Assembly (NCBI RefSeq): GCF_009914755.1
Contig: NC_060947.1
Reading direction: 5' to 3' (one strand)
DNA length: 64,000 nt
Origin: the human T2T-CHM13v2.0 reference genome, Homo sapiens
Within the stretch, counting starts at the first letter, position 1. Every line of letters starts with the position of its first letter. The notes beneath the pieces were generated by a model. That model ran no database searches. It was not told the DNA's origin and saw only the letters and a list, made by a program, of their open reading frames with translations. Positions 17,575 through 30,462 of the stretch are shown here, one piece after another. A program made the translations under genes and the position numbers.

Positions 17575-17675
17575 ATACCTCTTCATTTTGTAGATGAGAG
17601 AACTGAGGCACAGAGACTGAAAATTATGTCCCTTAGACACACAGTTATTTAGAAGTATAGCCAAGAATTGAATCA
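17575..17675 (-). mobile_element. MIR SINE relic
   Basis: cttcattttgtagatgagagaactgaggcacagaga is the reverse-complement MIR core. Confidence 0.65.
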
Positions 17676-18752
17676 AATTTAATAGCTTTTCTTTTGCATA
17701 ATTTTACTTTCCTTCTTTTTTGAACAGCAGATTTTATTTTGGGAAGGTGACATAGCAAGTAGAAAATCTCAACAGACTATGTATTCTATTTGAGTACTGA
17801 CCTCAGAATGTGGGCAGAATCACACCATTTTACAGATAGATATTTGCCAAATCTCATTCCATGGACTGGCTCTACTGGCCTTTCAATAACTTATTTGTTC
17901 CATTCTAGAATTTATTTAACATTTGAATTATTAAAAGTATTCTGAACCAATATATATTATGTGAGTTTACCATTGCTGGAATGCAAGTCAGTACAAAATG
18001 GCTTACTTAAATGTTTTTGTCAACAGTGTGTTTCTCCTGATTAATTGCCCAGGCTAAATAAGGAGACTACTGAGCTGCTGAGTGGTCTTTATTTATGTGG
18101 ATGAGGCAACTGGCAACTGCATACATGCCTTCTTCTCCCAGTAATCTAGGACATCAAGTGAGAAGAGAAGGCCCCAGATTGTGATTTGTGGATTGCCAAC
18201 AAAATCATTTTATCGTTTTATTTTTTGGAGGAAAGGGAGCTACAGAAGCATTTCACTTTGTTGTGTTAGCTTTGTATCTAAAATATATATTTGAAATCAG
18301 ATGTATACAAATTTGATTATTACACATTTGCACTAGAAATCATAGAAGTGGAAAGAAATAGCTAGACTGCTAATTTTCAAAACTATTTCTCCAGTAGCCC
18401 TGTTCTTACATAGAATGATAATATGCAATATAAATTAATGTAGAGCTACCTTACTTGAAGCAAGAGCCGAGAATTTGCCTTTCTGCCTGCTTGCCTTGCC
18501 AATATAAATGTAATTTATAGGTTTTACTGAGCTTTGAAAATTTTATAAAGAACAATTTTATAAACTTCAGATTGGAATACTAAGGAACAAATTTGTATAT
18601 GGCCTATCAGTAAGATAAGAGCAAAGTTGATGCTGAGAACCAGAAACATACTGGTCACAGTTAAGTGTTCTTTATTCTACTTGTGAGCAAGAGAGTGATA
18701 TGCTGGTGAATAAAAATTGAAATATCAAATTTTGAATAACTGAGTAACTCAC

Positions 18753-19220
18753 ACTGCAAATATATTCTGCCAGTCTGTGGCTTTCCTTTTCCATTCTCTA
18801 AACTGTCTTTTAAGAATTATGGTGAAGTACAATTTATTAATTTATTTTATTTTATGGATTTATTTTGTGTTTTAGGTGACATGTATAACAAAATCTTGCC
18901 TAAACTAAGTTCAGAAAAACGTTCTGCTATGTTTTCTTCTAGAAGTTTTATTGTTTTAGGATTCACCTTTAAGTCTATGATGTATTTTGAGGTGTTTTTT
19001 TTTTTTTTTTTCGTGTGTGTGTGTGGGGGCGTGTATGGGGTGAAGAATGGCTCGAGAAAAAATGCCTCAAGCACCTTTGTTTTGTTTGTTTTGCTTCTGT
19101 TTTGTGAATTTGGATGTCCCATTGTTCCAGTAATATTTACTATAGATACTATCTTATATCCATTTAATTATCTTTGTATCTTGGTCACAAATCAATTGAC
19201 CATAATAGTTATCTGTGGAC
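18753..19220 (-). mobile_element. Old L1M ORF2 3' fragment
   Basis: Minus-strand peptide SKYIIDLKVNPKTIKLLEENI is L1 ORF2 C-terminal-like. Confidence 0.8.
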
Positions 19221-19869
19221 TGGACAGGATTCCATAAGACTGTCTGGCATGAGAGCTTTGCCAAATAGAGTCCTTTATGCTAGATAATGGCCAATCAGAG
19301 ACTCCTTTAGGGTGCTGAAATGAAAGTCAAAACAGAAAGGTCAGGAACTGTGGGGAAATTAGTAAGGGTAGAGTGAAAAGGTACAGAAAGCAGTAGACAG
19401 AATACAGGAAAAAAATTGTCAAGAATTCAGATAGTATTAGGCAAATCGAAAACAGGAATTAAACACTGGACCGTCATAGTGGAAGAGCACTATACTTGAG
19501 GCTAATGCATCCCCACTGCTGAGGACACTGAGGTAGAATGAGTTGCTACTGCTGAGCTGTGTTCCACATGATATTCAAGTTATCTGTGAGACCACTTGTA
19601 TTATTCAGATACTTTTCTGTCCTTTCTTCCTCCCTTCCATGTTCTTAATATGAATCCTACCCACCTGTATGTACCTCTCTTCCTTGTACCCAATAAGAAT
19701 ATGTAGTATGTACCAGAAGTAGTAGTAGACTTCGGCTCTTTCTACCTGGTATACTGCTACTCACAGATCAAGTATCTTCCAAAGTCACTTGTATTAGGGA
19801 CTAGATTTTGAGAGGGACTTTTTTTTCTCTAGATTTACTGAGGTATAATTGAGAAGTAAAAATTATATA

Positions 19870-19923
19870 CAGTTGGCTCTCTGCATTCACAGGTTTCATG
19901 TCTGCAGATTCAACTAACCACAG
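19870..19923. mobile_element. MER2/Tigger terminal fragment
   Basis: TA followed by cagttggctctctgcattcacaggtttcatgtctgcagattcaactaaccacag, which parallels the MER2 end at 53544. Confidence 0.55.
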
Positions 19924-20844
19924 GTAGTTAATAACAGTGTATACAATACATCATTATTAACTGTAGTCACCATGCTGTACGTTAGATTCAAGGAACATAA
20001 GTATTTATTATATAACTGAAAGTTTGTACCATTTTACCAGCTTCTCCCTCTTTAGCCCATCCCCTGTCACCTGGCATCCAATCTTGTATTCTCTGCTTTT
20101 AGAATATAATAGATACCTCATATAAATGGAATTATGCAGCATTTTTACTTCTGTGATGGGTTAGTTTATTTAGATCATGGCCTCCTGGTTCATTCATGTT
20201 GTCAAAAATAACAGGATTTCATTCTTTTTTAAGGCTTAATAATATGTTCCATGTATATCTTCATTTAAAAAAAAATCCACTCATCCATCAATGGAAACTT
20301 AGGTTGTTTCCATATTTTGGCTATTGTAAATAATGCTGCAATAAACATAGGAGTTCAAATAGCTCTTCACAATATTAATTCTATTTTTTGGACATATACC
20401 CAAAAGTAGGATTACTGTATCATGTGATAGTTCTACTTTTAGTTGTTTGAGGAACCTCCAAACTGTTTTTCATAAAGGCTGTACCAATTTACATTCCCAC
20501 CAACAATATAGAAGGGCTACCTTTTCACCATATTTTCACCAACACTTGTTACCTTTTGACTTTTTGATAATAGCCATTCTAACAGATGTGACATGATATC
20601 TCCTTGAAGTTTTGATTTGCATTTTCCTCATGATTCGTGATGTTGAGCACCTTTTAATGTACCTGTTGGCCATTTTTGGATGTCTTGTTTGGGAAAATGT
20701 CTATGCATGTTTTTGCTCATTTCTTAAATTTGGGTTGTCATTTTTTTCTATTTATATCATATGATTTCCTTATATATTTTGGATATAAACCCCTTATTAG
20801 ATATATGGTTTCAAATATTTCCTCCCAAGTTCTGGGTTGCCTTC

Positions 20845-22290
20845 TGATATGGTTTCGCTGTGTCCTTACCCAAATCTCATCTTGAATTGTAACTCCCACA
20901 ATTTCCACATGTTGTTAGAGGAATGCGGTGGGAGGTGATTAAATTATGGGGGTGGGTCTTTCCTGTGCTGTTCTTGTGATAGTGAATGAGTCTCATGAGA
21001 TCTGTTGGTTTTAAAAAGAGTAGTTCCCCTGCACAAGTTCTCTCTCTTTGCCTGCTGCCATCCATGTAAGATGTGAATTGCTCTTTCTTGCCTTCCACCT
21101 TGATTGTGAGGCTTCCCCAGCCACATGGAACCGTAAGTCCAATTAAACCTCTTTCTTCTGTAAATTGCCCAGTCTTGGGTATATCTTTATCAGCAGCATA
21201 AAAACAGACTTGTTGTGGGAAATCAGGGACCCCGAATGGAGGGAACGGCTGGAGCCGAGGCAGAAGAACATAAATTGTGAAGATTTCATGGACATTTATC
21301 AGTTCCCCAAATTAATACCTTTATAATTTCTTATGCCTGTCTTTACTGCAATCTCTGAACATAAATTGTGAAGATTTCATGGACATTTATCACTTACCCA
21401 ATTAATAGTCTTATAATTTCTTATGCCTGTCTTTACTTTAATCTCTTAATCCTGTTATCTTCATAAGATGAGAATGTACATCACCTCAGGACCACTATTG
21501 TACAAATTGATTATAAAATATGTGTGTTTGAACAATATGAAACCAGTGTACCCTGAAAAAGAACAGAATAACAGAGATTTTCGGGGAATGAGGGAAGATA
21601 ACCTTGAGGTCTGACTGCCTGAGGGGTTGGGCAGAGTAGAGCCATATTTTTCTTCTTGCAGAGAGCCTATAGACAGACATGTGAGTAGGAGAAATATTGC
21701 TGAATTCTTTTCCCAGCAAGGAATATTAATAATTGAGACCCTGGGGAAGGAATGCATTCCTGGGGGTAGGTCTATAGACGGCCACTCTGGAAGCGTCTGT
21801 CTTATGCAGTTGAGATAAGAACTGAAATACGCCCTGGTCTCCTGCAGTACCCTCAGGCTTACTAGGATTGGGAAATTCCAGCCTGGTAAATTCTAGTCAG
21901 ACCAGTTGTCTGCTCTCAAACCCTGTTTCCTGTTAAGATGTTTATCAAGACAATGTGTGCACAGCGGGACATAGGCCCTCATCAGTAATTCTAATTTTGC
22001 CTTGCCTTGTGATCTTTATTGTCCTTTGAAGCATGCAATCCTTGTGCCCTACTCCCTATTCGTACACCCCCTCCCCTTTTAAAATCCCTAATAAAAACTT
22101 GCTGGTTTTGTGGCTTGAGGTAGCCATCACGGTCCTACCAATATGTGATGACACCCCCGAGGCCCAGCTGTAAAATTTCTCTCTTTGTACTCTTTCTCTC
22201 TATTTCTCAGACCAGCTGACACTTAGGGAAAATAGAAAAGAACCTACATTGAAATATTGGTGGCTGGTTCCTCTGATACAGACTAATACA
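20845..22290 (+). mobile_element. THE1A/B-type solo LTR split by a MER11 insertion
   Basis: tgatatggtttcgctgtgtcc start; ...gactaataca end; perfect 5-bp TSD ccttc at 20840-20844 and 22291-22295. Confidence 0.93.
21211..22278 (+). mobile_element. MER11 solo LTR (HERV-K11/HML-8; MER11C-like length, 1068 bp)
   Basis: tgttgtgggaaatcagggacccc start; internal duplicated block gaacataaattgtgaagatttcatggacatttatca; 6-bp TSD cagact at 21205-21210 and 22279-22284, as expected for ERVK. Confidence 0.92.
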
Positions 22291-23429
22291 CCTTCTCATT
22301 TTGTTGATAGTTTCCTTTACTGCACAGAAATTTTTTTAGTTTGATGTGGTCCTACTTGTTTATTTTTGCTTTTGTTGCCTGTGCTTTTGGTGTTCTATTA
22401 AAAAAAAAATCATTGCCAAAACTAATGACATGGGGATTTTCCTCTATGTTGTCTTCTAGAAGTTTTACAGTTTCAGATTTCACATGTAAATTTTTAATTC
22501 ATTTTGAATTATGTGTGTGGTATAATATAATGGTTTTTTATTACTTTTTCTGGCAGGTGGATAGTCAATTTGGTAAACACCATTTACTGAAGAAATTGCC
22601 CTTTCCCCATTGTGTATTCTTGACATTGCAAGGTTTCTGGGTCTTTTGTGTTTCTGTATATATTATAGGATTTTTTTTTCTATTTCTGTAAAAAATACTA
22701 CTGGAATTTTATTAGGAATACCATTGAATCTATAGATTGCTTTGGTTAGTATGGACATTTTGACAACAGTGATTCTTCTGATGATATCTTTCTACTTATT
22801 TGTGTCTTCTTCAATTACTTTCATTAGTGTTTAATGGTTTTTAGTGTACAGATCTTTCTCCTCCTTAGTTAAATTTATTCCTAGGTATTTTATTTTTTTC
22901 TGCTGCGATTGTGAATGGGACTGCCTTCTTGATTTATTTGACACTTTTTTGTTAGTGCGTGGAAACACAAATGATTTCTGAATGTTGATGGATCTTGTGT
23001 CAGGACCAAGGCCAAACAGGGCTACAGCTGAGTCTACAGGAGGAATATGCCATTTTTACCCCTGTAGCTGGGACCATAGTTGGCAAATCTTCAAGAGTGC
23101 CAACTTGGTGCAGGCTTGGTGAGGAGGACTTCACCAAACAGTACTCTTCAACCATGGGCCCCACTGGGGTTTCACAACCTCCTACCTGGGTCCCAAACTC
23201 TCACAAAGACACTTGTACATACATGGCTGCCAGACTTTTGTTGCTGTGGAGGGTTATAAACAGATACCCTTTTATTCCTCCATCTTGCTAATTTTACATC
23301 CTCAGGGAATTTTACTTTTTCTGTGTTGTTTGAATTTTGACAGCAAGAATAAATTTATGTGTTATTTGAATAAAAAATTAAAATTCACTTGATTATATGT
23401 CTTTGTAAGTGGTTCAGTAATTTTTTCCC

Positions 23430-25640
23430 GCTGAAATATATATTCTTTTGCAAACATAATACTGTGTGAAATACTAGTTTATAGCGAGTCTTGAAATTGT
23501 GTCATGCACATACTACAATTTTGTTCTTTTAAAAAATAGTTTAGGCAATTGCATTTCTTCTGTATTTCCCTAACAATTACAGAATTACCTTTCTAAATTC
23601 TACAAAAGTCCTGTTGAAACTTTGTGTAAGATTCTAATGAACCATGTGTTGAGTGTTCAAGAAAGAAAACAACAACAGAAAGATTGTAATGAATATAGGT
23701 ATATTTGTATAGCCTGGACACTATTACAACATTGAGTTTTCAAATGCATGAACAGACTATCTCACCATTTGTTCAGATTGTCTTAATTTCTTTAATCAGT
23801 ATTTTGTATTTTTTTGCATATAGATCCTAAACATATTCTGTTAGATGATTAATAAGTGGGCATTTTAAGAACTTTTTGTGATGTTCTAAATTGTACTTAT
23901 AAAATAGATTTCAGATTTTTCATTATTAGACTGTATAGAAATAAAATTCATTCTCTTCCATATCAGTTAATACCTTGTGACCTTACTAGCTCTAGTAGTT
24001 TTGTGTTATGGTTTTAAATTCTTTGAGAATTTTTACTTGATATTCATGGTATCTGTGAAGAGAACATGTTTTATTTCTTGTTTTCAATTTATATGCTTTT
24101 TATTTTTTTATTGCATTATGACACTGGCTGAGACCTCTAGTGTCATGTTGAGTTCTAGGGCAAAAGCAGACATTGCCTCTTTCATCATCTTTAAGAAAAG
24201 CATTTAATCTTTTTCACCATTAAATATGATGCAAAATGTTTTATTGCAGATGACCTTTATTAAGTTGAAGAAGTTTCCTTCTAATTTGCTGAGTGTTTTT
24301 GTCATAAACAAATATTGCATTTTCTCAAATGTTTTTTCTCCACTCATTAAGAGATCACTGTTTTTACTCTATTGATAACAGTGAAGGACATGGATGGATT
24401 TCTGATATTTTAATAAATATTTTATTATAGAAAAAATCCCTATTGGTCATGATGTATTATTTATTTTATATACTGATAGATCCTATTTTCTAAACTATTG
24501 TCAAGAATGTATCTATGCACACAGGGGTATAATGAACCATCGCTTTCTTTTATTAAAATGAAATTCTCTGGTTTTGGTAGCAGGGTTAATTATGTCTCCA
24601 TAGAATAAATTTTTAAGGGTAGCCTCTTTAATATTCAGAGTTTTTGTAGAGTTGGTGTCATTTCTTTATTAAATGTGTGGTAGAATTCCACAATAAAACC
24701 AGCTGGGCTATAAGACGTGTTTGTGTATATGTGAGTGTGGCATAGTTTTAAAATTCAACTTAATTTAAAAAAATTAATATATATATATATGCACTGTAAT
24801 GTATGTTATTTATTTGTTTCTACTTGAATAGTGTATGCTTTGTAAATAATTAGTCAGTTTCACCTACATTGTCAACCGTATTGGAATAAAGTTGTTTATA
24901 ATATTCACATTATTTCTATTTTAAGTAGCTAAGCTGATCTTATTTGTTATATTGGTAATTCATGATTTCCTTTTAAAAAACTGATTAGTCTAGTATGAGT
25001 TTTATCAATTTCATTAATATTCTGAAAGAACCAATTTGTTTTACTGATTGTATCTATTTTTATATTTTTATATTTTATTGTTTTCCATTCTTATCTTTGT
25101 TACACCCTTTTGGGTTTACTTTGCTTTTTTTGTTTTTTTTTTTAGTTTTTATTCTACTTTTAAGAACTTTTTGCCAGGTAGATTATGCTTGTAATTCCAG
25201 CACTTTTGGAGGCCAAGGCAGGGGGATCACAGTAGTTTGAGACTAGCTTGTACAACATAGGAAGACCTCACCTCTACTAAAAAAAAAAAAAAAAATAGCC
25301 AAGCATAGTGGTGCACATCTGTAGTCACAGCTAACACAGCTACTTGGGTGGCTGAGGTGGTAGGATCACCTGGCCCAGGAGATGGAGGCTGCAATTAACT
25401 GGGATCATATGACTGCACTCCAGCCTGCGTAAGTGAGACCCTGCCCCCCACCAAAAAACAAAACAAAACAAACGACCCCACAAAACTTTCTTCACTAATA
25501 TTGATTGATATATAGGACTAGAATTTTCCTCTCAGAAATTTTATATGCTGTGTTTTCATTTCTTTTCCATTAAAGATGCATTCTAATCCTCCCTTTATTA
25601 CTTCTTGCTCATGGGTTGTTTAGAAGTGTTAAAGTATTTG
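23430..25640 (-). mobile_element. Old L1M ORF2 middle segment (probably the same element as 34171-37150)
   Basis: Degenerate antisense ORF2 sequence, e.g. ttttcaccattaaatatgat, gacctttattaagttgaagaagtttccttcta, ttggtcatgatgtattat. Confidence 0.75.
25172..25473 (+). mobile_element. AluJ-type element
   Basis: Diverged dimer with ggctgaggtggtaggatcac and gaggctgca; internal A17 linker; (CAAAA)n tail. Confidence 0.85.
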
Positions 25641-28600
25641 CTTGGAAGTGATGTAAGCAACATAGCATAGTAGAAAGCACTGGACCTTTCTTTTTCCATG
25701 AATGGACTGTTTCAGCAACAATTCATGCACAAATTGGCTCTGTGAAAAATCAGAACCTATTGAATGTTTTCTACACCCCAGGAGAATGTAAAAAAAAAAA
25801 AAAAAGACTTACCAAAGCTGATAGGGAGATTTGGGACACATTTTTTCCAGAGACCTTGCCCCTGGCACTGTGCCATATGATCAGAAAGAGACCCCCTTGT
25901 TCCAAGATTCACCCAGGAACAGGAAAGGATTGGTACATGTATCCAGTTCCCTAACTATTCTGAGGATTCTCCACAGAGAACTGCATCTTGTTTTGATAGT
26001 CGTGGGCCTCTGATGGGTCTGCATTAGTCTAGAAACTTTGGAAAGAATAGAGGTGGCAGCTTGGGCTGTTGGACACCATTGATCCTTGCCCTTGTTCAGC
26101 ACATAGTAAATGGACCCAAAACTCCCAGCTATAAACTTCTCACTTTGGAGGAAAATAGTTGATTTATGTGTCCAGTGCCCCAACTTCCCTAGGGCTACTT
26201 AAAGAATTAACATTCATCTCACCTGTCTTGAAACTTTGACAGGCTGACATAGTCTAGCCCCCCAGGTGGTTACTAGGAGACAGGTGGTTACTAGGGCAAG
26301 TAGTTGCCAAATTTCCTAATGCCCCCAGATCAGCAGAGAGAGTGGACAAAGTCTATATCTGCCTGCTTATTCTTGGGGGAGGGACAGAGTTGGTAGAGAC
26401 TCCAAAATCTCTGGCTAGGCTTATTTATGAAGGTCCTCTGTATGAGGCCAGTTTGTAAAGATGGGGAGAGGTGTGGAATTTGTCTAATATGCAGACACCA
26501 ACCCAGAGATTTAAGAAAAAATAAAGATCCAGGCAAGGATGTTCCAAACAAGGAAGCAAAATAAATCTCCAAATTGGCACTAACGAAGTAGCATTATATT
26601 ATTTATCTGACCAATGATTAAAAATAACACAAAAAATCCAAAGACAGGGTACTTGCAATAATTCAGTCAGAGGAACACAAAGAAAAGTGAACAAAGGAAG
26701 AGAATTGTGGGACACCATCAAGAGGATATATGTAAGTATACTATGTTCTCTCTATATATAGGGAGTTTGCAAAGGAAAAGAGGGAAAGGACCAGAAAGCT
26801 TATTCAAAGAAATAATGGCTTAAAATGTCCCAAGTCTGAAGAAGAAAACAGACATTGTGAAACAAGGAATCGAAAGGACACCAAATAAAAAAAAAACACA
26901 AAGTAATTCACACCAAGGTGTATTATAATCAAATTGTGATTACAATAATTGTGATACAATCACAATTATAATCACATACAAAAAAACTACATAAGGCTCT
27001 CAATGTATTTCTTAGCAGAAACCTTGAGAACCAGAAGGGAGTAGAATGGAACATTCAGAGTGCTGAAAGAAAAAAAATGCCCACCAAGAATGTGATATCT
27101 GGCAGAACTTCTTCTGAAATATGGAGATACTTTCCCAAACAAAAACTGAAAACTTATCACCACAAGAACTGCCTTAGCGTAAATGCTAAAGAGAGTTATT
27201 CAAGTTCAAACAAAAATACAAAGCAGCAACGTAATTGCATAAGAAAGTATACAACTCACCGATAAAAATGAATATACAGAATAATATGGAACACTGCATC
27301 ATCACCATGATGATAATGGGTAATTCAGTTTTAATTCTAGTATAAAAGATAAAAAGTATTAAAATGACTAAAAATAGATACACAATATAAAGAAATGTAA
27401 AATGCAAAGCAGTACCACAAAGTGGAGAGAAGTTAAAGTGTAGAGATTTTGTATGTGATTGAGGTTAAGTTTTTATCAGCTTAAAATAGACTGTTACAAC
27501 TACAAGCTATTTTACATAATCTCTAAGGCAAACAGAAAAATACCTATAAAATTAACACAAAAGAATCATATGAAATATTTTAAAACAAAGAATTAGCAAT
27601 ACACAAAAGAGGACAGCAAGAGAGAAAATTACAGACAAAACAACTACAAGAATAACTTAGAATAACTAATAAAATGGCAATAGTAAATCCTTTTATATTA
27701 CTAATTGCATTAAATGTAAATGGATTAAACCCTTCATTCAAAAGACATAGAGTAACTGGATTGAGAAAAAAAAAAAAGCACCTAACTACATGCTCACTCA
27801 CTACAAGGAACTCACTATAGATTTAAGGGCATACATAGGCTGAAAGTTAATTTATACAAATGGTAACCAAATTAGAGCAGGGATAAACATATTTACATTA
27901 GGGAAAATACACTTTTATTCAAAAACTATCACAAGAGACAAAGAAAGACCTTTTATAATAAAAAATGTACTAATCTACCACGAAGATATCACAATTATAG
28001 ATACACCCAAATTCAGAGATGTAAATATATAAAGCAAACATTGCAAGATATGAAGGGAGAAAAATACAGCAATACATTAATAGGATGAGATGTCAATTCC
28101 CCACTTCCAACAATGAGAATACCATCAGTACGGAAGAACAATAAAGAATCAGAGGACTTGAATAGCACTATTCACTAAATGTACACAACAGACAGACATA
28201 TGTAGAACATTTTAATAAACAACAACAAAATACATATTCTTCTCAAGCGCACATGGATCTTTCTCCAGAATAGATCATGAGTTAAACACAAAACAAATCT
28301 TACATATTTTAAGAAGATTAAAATCATAGCAGGTATCTTTTCTGACCACAATGGAATAAAACTAAAAACTGAGAGCAGAAAGATAACTAAAAATTCACAA
28401 GTATGTGGGAAATAAACTCTAGAATTATCATTGTGTCAAAAAATAAAAAGGAAACTGGAAAATATCCTGAGACTTATAAAAAGAAAAACAGATGTCAAAA
28501 CCTACAAGATGTAGCAAAAGCAGTTTTAAGAGAAAAATTAATAGTTATAAATGCCTACATTAAAAATAAATAACAATGTTAAATAAACAACTTCAATTCA

Positions 28601-29693
28601 CTCTTAAAGGAACTAGAAAAAGAACAAACTAAGGACAAAGTTAGCAGAAGGAAGAAAATAGGAAAATGTAGAACAAAAATGAATAAAATAAAAATAGAAA
28701 AATAGTGAGAAAAACCAATAATGCTGAGTTTTTTTCTGAAAATATAGTTTGCAAAATGTTAACTAGACTAAGAAAATAGAGAAGATTCAGTAAGATCAGA
28801 AGTAACACAAGTGACATTACAACTGATGCCACAGAAATAAAAATGATTACAAGATACTATTATGCTACTACATAAGATACCACTATCCAATAGGCTGGAT
28901 AACCTAGAAAGAAGGGGTAAATTTCTAGAAACATATAAATTACCAAGACCAAATAATGAAGAAACAGAAAATCTAAACAGACCTTTAATTAGTAGTAAAA
29001 TTGGATCAGTATTCAGAAACCTTCCAACAATAAAAAAAAACAGGACCAGATGGCTTCAATGGTGAATTCTACCACACTTTAAAAATAATTAACACCAACA
29101 TTTTTCAAATTGTTTCAAAAATTGAGGAAGAAAGAATACATCAAAATTTATGTTATGAGGCCAATATTACCCTGATACCAAAGTCACACAAAAATACCAC
29201 AAGAAAAGAAAACTATAGGGCAATATCTCTAATAAATACAGAAGCAAAAATCAACAATAAAATACTACCGAGCTGAATTTAAGAGTACATTTAAAGGATG
29301 TGCTATATCATAACCTATATCATTGTCTGTATCACAACCAAGAGGGATTTACCTCTGGCATGTAAACATGGTTCAACATATGAAAATCAATTAATGTGAT
29401 ACACTACATTAACAGAATAAAGAATAAAATAAAAATTACATGATCATCTCAAGAGTATTTTACAAAATTTCATGATAAAAACAATCAATACGTCAAAACA
29501 GAAGGAAATTATCTCAGCATAATAAAGGCCATATATGAAAAGCGATACCTAACATCATACTCAGTGGTTAAATCTGAAAGCTTTCAAAGCTTTGGATGCC
29601 CACTCTCAAAACTTCTAAGCAAGATGTTACTGTAAATCTTAGATAGAGCAATTAGGCTAGAAAAGGAAATGAAAAGCATTCAAATTGGAAAGG

Positions 29694-30429
29694 TATATTA
29701 GGCCATTCTTGTATTACTAGAAAGAAATATGTGAGGCTGGGTAATCTATAAAGAAAAGAAATTTCATTGCCTCATCATTCAGCAAGCTGTACAAGCATCG
29801 CACCAGCATCTGCTTGGCTTCTGGGGAGGCTTCAGGGGGCTTTTACTCATGGCAGAAGACAAAGCAGGAACAGGCAAATCACATAGTGAAAGCAGGAGTG
29901 TGGGGGAAGTGCCACACACTTTTAAGGAACCAGATCAGTGAGAACTCACTAACATGAAGATGGCACCAAGATGATGGTGCTAAAACATTCATGAATAGTA
30001 CACTCCCATAATCTAATCACCTTCTATCAGGCTCCACCTCCAAGAGATTACATTTCAACATGAGATTTGGGTGAAGAAAAATACACAAACTATATAATTC
30101 TGTTTTAGCTCCACTAACAAAATCTCATTTCCTTCTCACACTGCAAAATACAATCATGCCTTCCAACAGTTTCCCAAGGTATTAACTTATTCCAGCATCA
30201 ACTCAATCAAAAGTTCCAAGTCCAAAGTATTATTGGAAGATGCATTTTGTTCACCTGTGAGCCTGAAAAATCAAAACAAGGCATTTGCTTTCAAGATACA
30301 ATGGAAATACAGGCATTGGATAAACATTCCCTATTTAAAAGGGAAAAATCAGCCAAAAGAAAAAGGCTACAAACCCCATGCAAGTTAAAAACCAAGCAGA
30401 AAAATCACTCAATTTTAAAGCTCCAAAAT

Positions 30430-30462
<33 letters not shown>

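Larger units (their letters stand above)
19819..23300 (-). mobile_element. L1MA-type LINE: 3'UTR and ORF2 3' part (19819-~22990) joined to a probable ~300-bp 5'UTR piece (~22995-23300)
   Basis: Poly-T then gatttactgaggtataattg (L1MA/MB 3' end); ORF2 continues across the THE1 insertion; 23270-23290 reads agcaagatggaggaataa on the minus strand, an L1M 5'-terminus motif. Confidence 0.8.

Noticed and set aside
19225-19700. Possible ancient MLT1-like LTR (ggccaatcagagactcc)
   Set aside because: Too diverged to define termini or family by eye.
21266-21430. Two ~90-bp direct repeats resembling a repeat-spacer array
   Set aside because: Internal duplication characteristic of MER11 LTRs; eukaryotic DNA, no unique spacers, no cas genes.
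26263-26295. Duplication caggtggttactagg x2
   Set aside because: Ordinary short tandem duplication in an L1 5'UTR.
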